NCBI GenBank assembly: GCA_007375595.1
Contig: VMEP01000001.1
Location: 479,184 to 543,183, forward strand
From: Parcubacteria group bacterium LiPW_30
Lineage (GTDB): Bacteria; Patescibacteriota; Minisyncoccia; Phycocordibacterales; VMEP01
Length of the DNA: 64,000 bases
Direction: 5' to 3'
The stretch's first letter is position 1; each line of letters starts with the position of its first letter. Below are positions 20,461-30,140 of the stretch, in pieces. Position numbers and translations under genes: made by a program. The notes below the pieces were generated by a model. The model did no database searches. It was not told where the DNA came from and worked only from the letters and a program-made list of their open reading frames with translations.

Positions 20461-20721
20461 TAGTGATGAGGGAACCAGCCTTGGGTGCAAACCCGAGGTG
20501 GGACCGGAAAGTGGTGAACTCATAACGGGATGATTGCAAAAGTCCCTTCTGTTCTTTAAGCGCAGAATGCGCAACGTGGTCTTCTGTTTAGTCAGTCTGG
20601 TATCGTGAGCCGGTCAAAATAGCCACGACGCCTTCAATCTGGCACACGTTAGTACGGAAAAACTATTGGTCTTCGGATCACCAGGGCCCCCAGCACAACT
20701 TCGGTTGAGTGGGGCCCTTTT
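20461..20721 (+). ncRNA. Putative structured non-coding RNA, family unassigned
   Basis: Promoter upstream, GC-rich stems, two C(UUCG)G hairpins, terminal GGGCCCC/GGGGCCC stem plus U tract, no credible ORF. Confidence 0.6.
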
Positions 20722-20884
20722 CATTTTCGGAAAATAAAACTGATACAATCTGATACACAACATATATTAAATTGGTTGCTATATAAAACCGTGTTTGCAA
20801 GCTTTCTGTAGATATTTAAGTTTAAACCATTTTAGAAAATGGCGGTGCGGTAAAGTCTGAGATTTAAATAAGAACAAACTAATA

Positions 20885-20924
20885 CCCCACCTATAATTAC
20901 GCTATAGCGTAATTATAGGTGGGG
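20885..20924. repeat. Perfect 40-bp palindrome
   Basis: CCCCACCTATAATTACGCTA|TAGCGTAATTATAGGTGGGG. Confidence 0.9.
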
Positions 20925-20929
20925 GTTCA

Positions 20930-21394
20930 CTACTTCTTTTTTAGTTCTTCGATTTCTCGAACAATAGTCATGAGCTGGTTTTCAATATTTGAAAGAAGTT
21001 TTTTATCTTCGCGGTCTTTCTTTTCTTCCTCTGTTTCGTCTTCTTGAATATCCTCAACATCCTCTTGAATGTCTTCAACGTCTTCCTGGATTTCTTCAAC
21101 GTCTTCCTGAATTTCCTCTATGTCCTCAGAGATTTCCTCAATGTCTTTCTCGACGGCATGCAATTGTGCGGTTGTGCGGTTTATCGTTAGCTGAATAAAG
21201 ATTGAAAGATAAATCGCCTCAAGAGAAACGATAGTTGTTAGGACGAGCATTATTTTATCAAATGACACATCAAGTAAGGCGAGGGTAAAAATACCAATAA
21301 AAAATAAGGTATGAATAACAAGCGAAGGAACTGAACCAATTCCGCCGGTAATTTTCATCGAATATTTTTCTAGTAATTCTTTAAACTTGTTCAT
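20930..21394 (-). CDS. DUF1003-like membrane protein with acidic heptad repeats
   Basis: Two TMs, VSLEAIYLSIFIQ, (E/D)IQEDVE repeats. Confidence 0.7.
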   Translation of the reverse strand: MNKFKELLEKYSMKITGGIGSVPSLVIHTLFFIGIFTLALLDVSFDKIMLVLTTIVSLEAIYLSIFIQLTINRTTAQLHAVEKDIEEISEDIEEIQEDVEEIQEDVEDIQEDVEDIQEDETEEEKKDREDKKLLSNIENQLMTIVREIEELKKK

Positions 21395-21489
21395 TTCTGC
21401 GCATTATACTCACGAAAACAAAAAGCACAAAAAATGATGCTTTACAAGGGTCTTTTCGAACATTATGATGAGAACACGTAATTAAACTT

Positions 21490-24324
21490 ATGGAGCAGTA
21501 CGACCACCGAAAAATTGAAAAAAAATGGCAGAAGGTTTGGGAAGAAGAAAATACTTTTGCTACAGACGAAGATTTAAGTAAACCAAAATCTTATATTTTG
21601 GATATGTTTCCATATCCATCAGGAGAGGGTCTTCACACCGGACACGTTAAGGTCTACACGGCGAGTGATATTTACGCACGTTATAAACGAATGAATGGTT
21701 TTCGAGTTCTTCACCCAACAGGGTGGGATGCTTTCGGTTTACCAGCAGAGCGTTTCGCGATAAAACATAAAATTCATCCTCGTGTGGCGGTGGATAATAA
21801 TGTTGCTACTTTTAAACGGCAAATGAAGTCGGTTGGTTTTTCTTATGATTGGGAAAGAGAAATTGATACCACTGATCCAAAGTTTTACAAATGGACGCAG
21901 TGGATGTTTCTTAAAATGTATGAAAAAGGGTTAGCTTACGAGTCTTATCAGCCGATAGTTTGGTGTCCTACGTGTCAGACCGGATTGTCTAACGAGGATT
22001 TGGAGGGCAACGCCTGCGAAATATGTGGAACCGTAGCAGAAAAAAAACTAATGAGACAGTGGGTTATTAAAATTACTGAATATGCAGATAGGTTGGTTGA
22101 GGATTTGGATATTTTGAAAGATTGGCCGGAATCATTTAAAGAAGCGGAAAGAAATTGGATAGGAAAAAGCGAAGGCTCAGAAATAGATTTTAAGATAGAT
22201 GGAATGGATAAAAAATTTACAGTGTTTACGACGCGCGCAGATACCCTTTTTGGTGCGACATATACAGTTCTTTCGCCAGAACATAAATTAGTTGCTGAGT
22301 TAAAATCTAATATTACAAATTGGGATGAAGTTTTGCAGTATCAAAAAATAGCAGGTGAAAAAACGGAGATTGAACGAACATCTGAAGGAAAAGAAAAAAC
22401 GGGGGTGAAATTAGAGGGAATTTTTGCAATTAATCCAGCAAATCAAGACAAGCTTCCGGTTTTTATTGCAGATTATGTTTTAGTTCACTATGGTACTGGG
22501 GCAATTATGGCGGTTCCAGCGCACGATGATAGAGACTATGAATTTGCCAAAAAATTTAATTTACCGATTAAGGTGGTTATCGAGCCTGTTACAGGGGAAG
22601 TTAAGGAAAATGAAGAAAAAAGAAAAAGTATCGTTGCGATAGTTAGAGACCCAAAAAATGGGAAAATCCTATCTCTTAATTGGGGTGAAAAATTTGGTGG
22701 ACAGTTATTTATTGGTGGTGGAATTGAAGACGGAGAAAATGCGGAGAGCACGGCAATTAGGGAAATAAAAGAAGAGACAGGTTATAGCGAGATCCGTTTG
22801 GTTGGAACTTCGGAAACAATTCATCATCATTACTTCGCACATTCAAAAGGGGTGGCAAGGAATATTGATGCTATTGGTTTGCATTTTGAACTAATTGGAA
22901 ATAAACAAGAATTAACATCACAAGACGAATCCGAAAGAGGTAAGTTTAAGGTGGAGTGGATAACAGAAGAGGAGGCCGAGAAAAAAGTGAGTGACCCGCT
23001 ACATCAATATGTGTTTCAAAAATTTATAAAAAATAAAGTGTATACAGGAAATGGAATTCTTACTGAGTCACCTGATTTTAGTGGTTTATCTTCCGAAGAG
23101 GCAAAGATAAAAATAACCAAATTTGTTGGCGGAAAAATGAAAACCACATACAAGCTTCGTGATTGGGTTTTTTCTCGCCAGAGATATTGGGGGGAACCGA
23201 TTCCAATTATTCACTGTGAAAGCTGTGGAGTTGTACCCGTGCCAGAAAAGGATCTGCCGGTTGTTTTGCCGGATGTTAAGGCATATGAGCCAACAGGAAC
23301 GGGGGAATCACCACTTGCTGATATTCCTGAATGGGTAAATACAAAGTGTCCAAAATGTGGAGGTAATGCTAAGCGCGAGACAAATACAATGCCTCAGTGG
23401 GCAGGCTCATCTTGGTATTATTTAAGATTTATCGATCCTAAAAATGATAAGGCCTTAGTAGACGAGAAGAAAGAAAAAAATTGGTCTCCGGTTGATGTTT
23501 ATGTTGGTGGGGCGGAACATGCGACACGGCATCTTATTTATGCCCGCTTCTGGCATAAGTTTTTATATGATTTGGGGATAGTTTCAACCAAAGAGCCATT
23601 CATGCGCCTTGAAAGTGTCGGTCTTATTTTGGCTGGTGGTGGGGTAAAGATGTCTAAGCGTTTAGGCAATATAGTTAATCCCGATGAGATAGTTGAGTTA
23701 TATGGGGCCGACACACTTCGAATTTACGAAATGTTTATGGGACCTTTCGGTCAAGCTAGCGCATGGGACACAAAATCAATAATCGGCCCACGTAGATTTT
23801 TGGAAAGAGTTTGGAAACTACAAGAAAAAATTTCAAGTGATGAAAATTATACCGAAAGTGATAATACGATAATGGTTTTAAATCAGACTATAAAAAAGGT
23901 TGGAGAAGATGTTGAAGAATTTAAGTTTAATACCGCAATAAGCCAAATGATGATTTTAGTGAGCACGCTTGAGTCTGAGGAAAATATCTCTCATAAATCT
24001 TTTAATGAACTGTTGCTTCTTTTATCACCGTTTGCTCCACATTTCGCCGAAGAGTTGTGGGAGATAGTTGGTAACGAAAAATCAATGAATAAGGCTGTTT
24101 GGCCAATCTACGACGAATCTAAATTAACTGGAGGGAAGGTTGTAATTGCAGTGCAGATTAACGGAAAATTGAGAGAGACACTCGAGTTTTTAAGCAACGT
24201 TTCAGAGGATGAAATTAAGGAAGCGGTTATGAATTCTCCTCGTGTTAAATCGTGGATTTTGGATAAAAAAATTAAGAAAACAATATATATAAAAGGAAGA
24301 ATGTTTAGTATTGTTTTGGAGTAA
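21490..24324 (+). CDS. leuS: Leucine--tRNA ligase with inserted Nudix domain
   Basis: MFPYPSGEGLHTGH, GTGAIMAVPAHD, DWVFSRQRYWG, KMSKR. Confidence 0.97.
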   Translation: MEQYDHRKIEKKWQKVWEEENTFATDEDLSKPKSYILDMFPYPSGEGLHTGHVKVYTASDIYARYKRMNGFRVLHPTGWDAFGLPAERFAIKHKIHPRVAVDNNVATFKRQMKSVGFSYDWEREIDTTDPKFYKWTQWMFLKMYEKGLAYESYQPIVWCPTCQTGLSNEDLEGNACEICGTVAEKKLMRQWVIKITEYADRLVEDLDILKDWPESFKEAERNWIGKSEGSEIDFKIDGMDKKFTVFTTRADTLFGATYTVLSPEHKLVAELKSNITNWDEVLQYQKIAGEKTEIERTSEGKEKTGVKLEGIFAINPANQDKLPVFIADYVLVHYGTGAIMAVPAHDDRDYEFAKKFNLPIKVVIEPVTGEVKENEEKRKSIVAIVRDPKNGKILSLNWGEKFGGQLFIGGGIEDGENAESTAIREIKEETGYSEIRLVGTSETIHHHYFAHSKGVARNIDAIGLHFELIGNKQELTSQDESERGKFKVEWITEEEAEKKVSDPLHQYVFQKFIKNKVYTGNGILTESPDFSGLSSEEAKIKITKFVGGKMKTTYKLRDWVFSRQRYWGEPIPIIHCESCGVVPVPEKDLPVVLPDVKAYEPTGTGESPLADIPEWVNTKCPKCGGNAKRETNTMPQWAGSSWYYLRFIDPKNDKALVDEKKEKNWSPVDVYVGGAEHATRHLIYARFWHKFLYDLGIVSTKEPFMRLESVGLILAGGGVKMSKRLGNIVNPDEIVELYGADTLRIYEMFMGPFGQASAWDTKSIIGPRRFLERVWKLQEKISSDENYTESDNTIMVLNQTIKKVGEDVEEFKFNTAISQMMILVSTLESEENISHKSFNELLLLLSPFAPHFAEELWEIVGNEKSMNKAVWPIYDESKLTGGKVVIAVQINGKLRETLEFLSNVSEDEIKEAVMNSPRVKSWILDKKIKKTIYIKGRMFSIVLE

Positions 24325-24355
24325 TTCTTCTCTTTTTTGCATTATTACCTACCCG

Positions 24356-24445
24356 CATACACCCCTAAAATACCTTGCGCAGATTGACGAATCGAGCAGA
24401 GCGAAAATTCAGCAGAATTTTACGTGTGTATTTTAGTGGTGTATG
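24356..24445 (+). repeat. Dispersed structured element, copy E1
   Basis: 18-bp inverted arms around a 54-nt core homologous to E2 and E3. Confidence 0.8.
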
Positions 24446-24534
24446 AAAAAACGAGTACTTGACCTTTACCTTAATAAATGATAGAAATTAGAACACATAA
24501 GCAGTTAGCCAGTCATTTCTAAGAAAAAAACAAA

Positions 24535-25563
24535 ATGTCACAAATCAATTTTAAGCCAAAACAGGTAGCTAAAAAACTTTTGACCGTTCTTCCAGAGCGT
24601 AATTTTGACGTCATCGTTAATCGCTTTGGTTTAGGGGAATCAAGCGAAGCCAAAACCCTTGATGCTATTGGGAAGAAATATGGTATTACCCGTGAACGCG
24701 TCAGACAAATTGAAAATTTTTCTATTCAGGCTATAAAAAAATCAGAAGTTTTTGCGAAAGAAAAAGAGGCTTTTGAGAACCTATTTTCTGCTATAGAGGC
24801 ATTAGGTGCCGTTGTTTCAGAGGATGAATTACTTAGTCACTTCTCGGAAGACAAGGCAACACAAAATCATATTAATTTCTTTTTAGTTTTAGGTGACGCT
24901 TTTGTTCGCTCAAAAGAAGATAATCATTTTAAACACCGATGGAGTATTGATTCAGATATGTCTGAAAAGGTTCACGCTTCATTAAAAAAACTTTACGAAG
25001 GATTAAGTGATGAGGAGATAGTTCCAGAAGGTGAATTGGTCACACGTTTCCTTTCTCACCTTAAAGATGTTTCAGAAAAATATCGTGATGAAGAGATTTT
25101 AAAGCGATGGTTAAAACTTTCTAAATTGATAGACCGTAATCCTTTTGGAGAATGGGGTCGTTCATCTTCTTCAAACATTAGAGCGCGCGGAATGAGAGAT
25201 TATGCATATTTAGTTTTACGTAGACACGGTTCTCCAATGCATTTCTCTGAAGTTGCAAAAGCAATTACTGCTTCTTTTAAAAAACCAGCGCACGTTGCTA
25301 CTTGTCACAACGAGCTTATAAAAGACAAACGCTTTGTTTTAGTTGGTCGTGGTTTATACGCACTATCTGAGTGGGGCTACAACAAAGGGGTTGTTCGCGA
25401 CGTTATAAAAGAGCTTTTAAAGAAAGAAGGCCCAATGAGTAAAGAAGATATATTGAAAAGAGTTATGAAGGAAAGATACGTTAAAGAAAATACAGTCTTG
25501 GTTAACCTTCAAAATACTAATAACTTTAAGAAAAATAAGAACGGTTTGTACACAGCTGTTTAA
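24535..25563 (+). CDS. Sigma70 region-4-like HTH plus HARE-HTH/RNAP-delta-like protein
   Basis: TLDAIGKKYGITRERVRQIE; PMHFSEVA...RFVLVGRGLYALSEWG. Confidence 0.75.
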   Translation: MSQINFKPKQVAKKLLTVLPERNFDVIVNRFGLGESSEAKTLDAIGKKYGITRERVRQIENFSIQAIKKSEVFAKEKEAFENLFSAIEALGAVVSEDELLSHFSEDKATQNHINFFLVLGDAFVRSKEDNHFKHRWSIDSDMSEKVHASLKKLYEGLSDEEIVPEGELVTRFLSHLKDVSEKYRDEEILKRWLKLSKLIDRNPFGEWGRSSSSNIRARGMRDYAYLVLRRHGSPMHFSEVAKAITASFKKPAHVATCHNELIKDKRFVLVGRGLYALSEWGYNKGVVRDVIKELLKKEGPMSKEDILKRVMKERYVKENTVLVNLQNTNNFKKNKNGLYTAV

Positions 25564-25579
25564 TCTAAAAAACTATAGT

Positions 25580-25612
25580 AAAAAGGCGGGTCGCTATATG
25601 ACCCGCCTTTTT
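25580..25612 (+). terminator. Bidirectional-type intrinsic terminator
   Basis: AAAAAGGCGGGTC-GCTATAT-GACCCGCCTTTTT. Confidence 0.85.
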
Positions 25613-25651
25613 AACTACCACTTAATTTAATTTCGCGATAAGATATAGAGA

Positions 25652-26830
25652 ATGGTAGATTTTCTTTTTTATATACTGGTAATTATATTTGAATTTATAA
25701 ACAACTCCGCCAATTTTTGGTTGCCGGTAGTCCTTGTTTATGTTTTTTGGAAAGTTTGGATTGCGTATATTCAAGCTGATTGGATTTCTAAACTAAAATG
25801 GATACTTCTTGAAGTTAGATTACCAAAAGAGGTTTTCAAAACTCCAATGGCAATGGAGCTTGTTTTAAATGGGCTTCAACAACCTAGCTCGGGGAATAAA
25901 CTAGATCAGTATTGGAAGGGTCGTGTTCCAGACTGGTTTTCTTTCGAGATTGTTTCTGTTGAGGGATCTATTCGCGTATACATTAGATGTCTTTCAAAAT
26001 ACAAAAATATTATTGAAGCACATGTGTATTCGCAATATCCAGAGGCGATAATTAGTGAAGCCTCTGATTACACAGAAAACATGCCTTGGGATAATAAAAG
26101 CGAAATATCTCTTTGGGGTTCTGAATTTGCGCTTACCCAACCAGATCCATATCCAATAAAAACTTATGTTGATTATGGAATGGATAAGGGCTATGTAGAC
26201 GAAAAACAGCGTATTGAGACAATGGCTCCAACACTAGAGTTTCTCGGTTCTATGGGAAAGGGAGAACAAACGTGGATTCAGATTCTTGTTCGCGCAACGA
26301 GGGGGGAAGGTTGGAAAGCTGAAGGTAAAGAGTTGATAAAAAAGTTAATGCACAGAGACGATAAGGATGATGATAAGGCCGTAACAACAAGATTAACGAA
26401 AGGAGAAACCGATGTTATTAACGCTATCGAAAGAAGCATCTCAAAACCAGCCTTTGAAGTTGGTATTCGGGGATTATATTTTGCAGAAAAAGGTAAATTT
26501 AACCCTGCAAATATTACCGCGCTTTTAAGCACCTTTAAACAGTATTCATCACATAATATGAATGGGTTTAAACCGGGTTATGGACTTACTGTTCTTGATT
26601 ATCCATGGGATGACTTTAGAGATATTCGTAAAAAGACAATTTTGAAAAGTCTCTTTGATTCATATCGACTCAGAGCTTATTTTTATGAGCCATATAAGCG
26701 TAAACCATTTGTATTAAACGTTGAAGAGTTGGCCACTATATTCCATTTTCCAAGTGGAGTTGCTGAGACGCCAACTTTGGCAAGAGTTGATTCTAAGCGT
26801 TCAGAGCCACCAGCAAATTTACCGTTTTAA
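25652..26830 (+). CDS. Conserved hypothetical membrane-anchored protein
   Basis: N-terminal TM, SFEIVS, YSQYP, YPIKTY, EELATIFHFP, PPANLP. Confidence 0.7.
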   Translation: MVDFLFYILVIIFEFINNSANFWLPVVLVYVFWKVWIAYIQADWISKLKWILLEVRLPKEVFKTPMAMELVLNGLQQPSSGNKLDQYWKGRVPDWFSFEIVSVEGSIRVYIRCLSKYKNIIEAHVYSQYPEAIISEASDYTENMPWDNKSEISLWGSEFALTQPDPYPIKTYVDYGMDKGYVDEKQRIETMAPTLEFLGSMGKGEQTWIQILVRATRGEGWKAEGKELIKKLMHRDDKDDDKAVTTRLTKGETDVINAIERSISKPAFEVGIRGLYFAEKGKFNPANITALLSTFKQYSSHNMNGFKPGYGLTVLDYPWDDFRDIRKKTILKSLFDSYRLRAYFYEPYKRKPFVLNVEELATIFHFPSGVAETPTLARVDSKRSEPPANLPF

Positions 26831-26836
26831 TTTTTT

Positions 26837-27814
26837 ATGATTCCTTTTAAAAATTACGCTTTTTATTCATTGATATCTGGTAAGTGGTGGAGATGGATAG
26901 CCGTTGCTGTACTTTCGATTTTTGTGTTTTTGGGGGTGTATATAATTCCACCATATAATTTTCCTGCACAACATTCTATTGAGATAAAAGAAGGGCTTAC
27001 TCTTTCAGAAACGGCTGATCTTTTGAAAAATGAAAATGTAATTCGTTCACCATTTGTATTTAAGGCATTTGTCTACATTCTTGGTGGAGAACGTGGTGTG
27101 CAAGTTGGGGAATATTTTTTACCGAAACCAGCCAGTGTTGTTAGTTTGTCTTTTAGAATTATAAAAGGTGATTTTGGTTTTGAACCAGTGAAGATAACTT
27201 TTCCCGAAGGCTCGACAATAGCGGAGATGGCAAAAATTGCAGAAAAAAAACTCCCAAGATTTAATGCCGAGGAATTTATTAAATTGACGGAAGGTAAGGA
27301 GGGTTATCTCTTTCCAGATACTTATGTTTTTTACACAAACACAAAAACAGAAAATGTGGCAAATATGTTAGAAGAAAATTTTAAAGTAAAAACAGATACA
27401 CTGAAACGCTCAGCCGAAAAATTAGGCAAAGATTTTAGGGATATTATAATTATGGCTTCAATTATTGAAGAAGAGGCAAGGAAAGAGGAAGACAGAAAAA
27501 TGATTTCTGGGATTTTATGGAAAAGAATTAAGATCGGTATGGCACTACAAGTTGATGCACCTTTTATATATTCAATTGGTAGAAATACCTATGAATTAAC
27601 AAAAAGCGATTTGAGGGGTAATTCGCCATATAACACTTATCAAAATAGAGGTTTGCCGGTTGGACCAATTTCAAATCCAGGAATTTCTTCAATAACAGCA
27701 GCTCTTTATCCTACAGAATCGCCTTATCTTTTCTACCTTTCAGATAAAAATGGTACTGTCTATTACGGGAAGGATTTTGAGGAGCATAAAAGAAATCGGG
27801 AATTATATCTATAA
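26837..27814 (+). CDS. mltG: Endolytic transglycosylase MltG (copy 2)
   Basis: TFPEG, EGYLFPDTY, ASIIEEE, SPYNTY..GLPVGPISNPG. Confidence 0.92.
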   Translation: MIPFKNYAFYSLISGKWWRWIAVAVLSIFVFLGVYIIPPYNFPAQHSIEIKEGLTLSETADLLKNENVIRSPFVFKAFVYILGGERGVQVGEYFLPKPASVVSLSFRIIKGDFGFEPVKITFPEGSTIAEMAKIAEKKLPRFNAEEFIKLTEGKEGYLFPDTYVFYTNTKTENVANMLEENFKVKTDTLKRSAEKLGKDFRDIIIMASIIEEEARKEEDRKMISGILWKRIKIGMALQVDAPFIYSIGRNTYELTKSDLRGNSPYNTYQNRGLPVGPISNPGISSITAALYPTESPYLFYLSDKNGTVYYGKDFEEHKRNRELYL

Positions 27815-27841
27815 AAACTGGAAAGCTAAATAATTTAAAGA

Positions 27842-28393
27842 ATGAAAAATCAAATACTGGCATTTATCGATTTAGAGACAACAGGGCTTTTGCCTAATAA
27901 ACACGAAATCATAGAAATTGGTTGTGTTTTAGCTCGACAAGAATTCTCAGAGAGCGGAGTTTTAACTTTGGAGTATATTGATGAGTTTGAATATAAGGTA
28001 AAACCAACGCATATTGAAACAGCTGATCCTGTCGGTCTTAGTATTAATGGCTACGACGAGAAAGATTGGATTTTTGCAATTGGTTTAAAAGAAGCGATTG
28101 AGGCCACAGCCGCAAGAGTTAAAAATACGATTATGGTTGGGCATAATGTTGCTTTTGATTTCGCTTTTTTGGAAAAAGCTTTTGAAGAAACCGGAATTCA
28201 AAACCCAATGCATTACCACAAGCTCGATACAATTTCTATTGCTTACGCCAAATTACATAACCATAAAGAAGTTGAAAAATTTTCCCTAAGGGCGCTTTGT
28301 GATTATTTAGGAATAGAAAATAAGCGTGCTCACTCAGCGTTATCTGATGCCCGTGCTACATATGAGATTTTTCAAAAGCTTGTAAATATGTAA
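27842..28393 (+). CDS. DEDDh 3'-5' exonuclease (DnaQ-like)
   Basis: DLETTG, GHNVAFD, HSALSDA. Confidence 0.9.
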   Translation: MKNQILAFIDLETTGLLPNKHEIIEIGCVLARQEFSESGVLTLEYIDEFEYKVKPTHIETADPVGLSINGYDEKDWIFAIGLKEAIEATAARVKNTIMVGHNVAFDFAFLEKAFEETGIQNPMHYHKLDTISIAYAKLHNHKEVEKFSLRALCDYLGIENKRAHSALSDARATYEIFQKLVNM

Positions 28394-28428
28394 CTTTACC
28401 ATCGGTTTTTCTCTGATAGGATAGCGTT

Positions 28429-29541
28429 ATGAAAAAGGAAAAGGTATTTATCGGGCTGTCTGGTGGAGTTGATTCATCTGTATCTGCAGCTTTACTTAAA
28501 AAAGACGGGTATGAAGTGGTAGGTGTTTTTATAAAGGTTTGGCAACCGGATTTTTTTGCCTGCACCTGGAAGGAAGACAGATTAGACGCTATGCGCGTTG
28601 CTGCCAAGCTTAACATTCCATTTTTAACATTAGACCTAGAAAAAGAATATAAAAAGGAAGTTATTGATTACATGATTTCTGAATACAAAAATGGTCGTAC
28701 TCCAAATCCAGATGTCATGTGTAATAAGCATGTTAAGTTTGGTGCATTTTTGGATTTTGCGTTAAAAAATGGAGCAGATTTTGTGGCCACAGGGCATTAT
28801 GCCAGAGTAGAGAGTAGAGAGTTGAAAGTTGAAAGTAAAAATAAAGGTAGTCAAGAGTACCAACTTTTAGCAGGTGTCGATAAAGAAAAAGACCAGTCAT
28901 ATTTTCTTTGGACAATAAAAAAAGGATTACTCCCTAAAATTTTATTTCCAGTGGGTGGTTATAAAAAAACAGAAGTCCGCGCGCTCGCAAAAAAATATAA
29001 TTTGATAACCTGGGAGAAGAAAGATAGTCAGGGTCTTTGTTTTGTCGGCAAATTAGATATCAAGGATTTTTTAAAGCATTACATAAAAGAAAAAAAGGGT
29101 AATTTATTGAATGAAAATGGCGAGATAATTGGCTACCATAGTGGGGCAATTTTTCTTACAGAAGGGGAGAGGCATAATTTTGTTGTAACAAAAAAGACAA
29201 ACTCAAAAGAAACACCGCCACAATATGTTGTTTCTAAAAACTTAAAAAATAACACAGTAACCGTTTCTCCTTTTCCTAAAAAAAGCCATGGCTTATCAAA
29301 GATTGTCAGGTTAAATGATTTCAACCTTATTGAATCGGATATTAAGATTGGTGAAAAACTTGATGCTCGAACAAGATATCGGGAAAAATTATCACCCTGC
29401 TCTTTGGTTGGTATAGATTTATCAAAAAAAACAGTAGAAATAAGGTTTAATAAAGAAAAACTTGTATCAACTGGGCAGTCTCTTGTTTTGTACAAAAAAG
29501 ATGTTTGTGTTGGTGGTGGTGTAATTGTTGAGAAGAATTAA
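28429..29541 (+). CDS. mnmA: tRNA 2-thiouridylase
   Basis: SGGVDSS, TPNPDVMCN, ATGHYA, KDQSYFL, DSQGLCF. Confidence 0.96.
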   Translation: MKKEKVFIGLSGGVDSSVSAALLKKDGYEVVGVFIKVWQPDFFACTWKEDRLDAMRVAAKLNIPFLTLDLEKEYKKEVIDYMISEYKNGRTPNPDVMCNKHVKFGAFLDFALKNGADFVATGHYARVESRELKVESKNKGSQEYQLLAGVDKEKDQSYFLWTIKKGLLPKILFPVGGYKKTEVRALAKKYNLITWEKKDSQGLCFVGKLDIKDFLKHYIKEKKGNLLNENGEIIGYHSGAIFLTEGERHNFVVTKKTNSKETPPQYVVSKNLKNNTVTVSPFPKKSHGLSKIVRLNDFNLIESDIKIGEKLDARTRYREKLSPCSLVGIDLSKKTVEIRFNKEKLVSTGQSLVLYKKDVCVGGGVIVEKN

Positions 29542-29645
29542 AAATACCCTCATTTTTTTAATTTTGCCGACGGTGTGTATATCCGAAATGTTTAAAGAGG
29601 TATCTTTTGCTATACTATATTTAAGTTAACTTTAAATTTAAATAT

Positions 29646-30137
29646 ATGATTTCAGACTTAGCCATTTTGGTCACCCCAGAAAACACCGAAACATTTGTTC
29701 GTCTTTTCCTTGCAATGTCCCTTGGTGCAATTCTTGGATTAGAGCGTGTTTTTGCGAAAAAGAGTGCCGGAATAAGAACATACGCCCTTGTTTCGATGGG
29801 TTCGGCTCTCTTCATCCTTTCTTCTGAGTATGTTGTAAAACAATATCTCTATACCGGCATTCAAGTTAATCCGCTTCAGGTTGCGTCAAACATTGTTGTG
29901 GGGGTGGGTTTTTTGGGGGCAGGAATAATTATCTTCAAAGATTCCAAGCTTACAGGATTAACCACGGCTGCTGGTTTGTGGGTTGTTTCAGCGATCGGAA
30001 TGGCTGTTGGTTTTGGGTATTATCTTGCAGCCTTTTTTACAACAATTTTTACTTTGGCAATTTTCACGCTACTTTGGTACGTTGAAGAAAAACTATTCAC
30101 TGCCTATAAAGGGATTGATGTTCCTGAAGAGCGTTAG
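29646..30137 (+). CDS. MgtC/SapB family membrane protein
   Basis: GLER, AGIRT, GVGFLGAG, GLTTAA. Confidence 0.9.
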   Translation: MISDLAILVTPENTETFVRLFLAMSLGAILGLERVFAKKSAGIRTYALVSMGSALFILSSEYVVKQYLYTGIQVNPLQVASNIVVGVGFLGAGIIIFKDSKLTGLTTAAGLWVVSAIGMAVGFGYYLAAFFTTIFTLAIFTLLWYVEEKLFTAYKGIDVPEER

Positions 30138-30140
30138 TAT

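Noticed and set aside
20461-20721. tmRNA, RNase P RNA or group I/II intron identity
   Set aside because: No tRNA-like ends or tag ORF, no GAGGAAAGTCC motif, no interrupted host gene or intron boundary motifs
21030-21150. 21-bp tandem repeats
   Set aside because: Explained by coding heptads (EDVEEIQ) of the minus-strand coiled-coil protein
29541-29610. Possible degenerate copy of the 90-bp element
   Set aside because: Only short, imperfect arms and no recognisable 54-nt core
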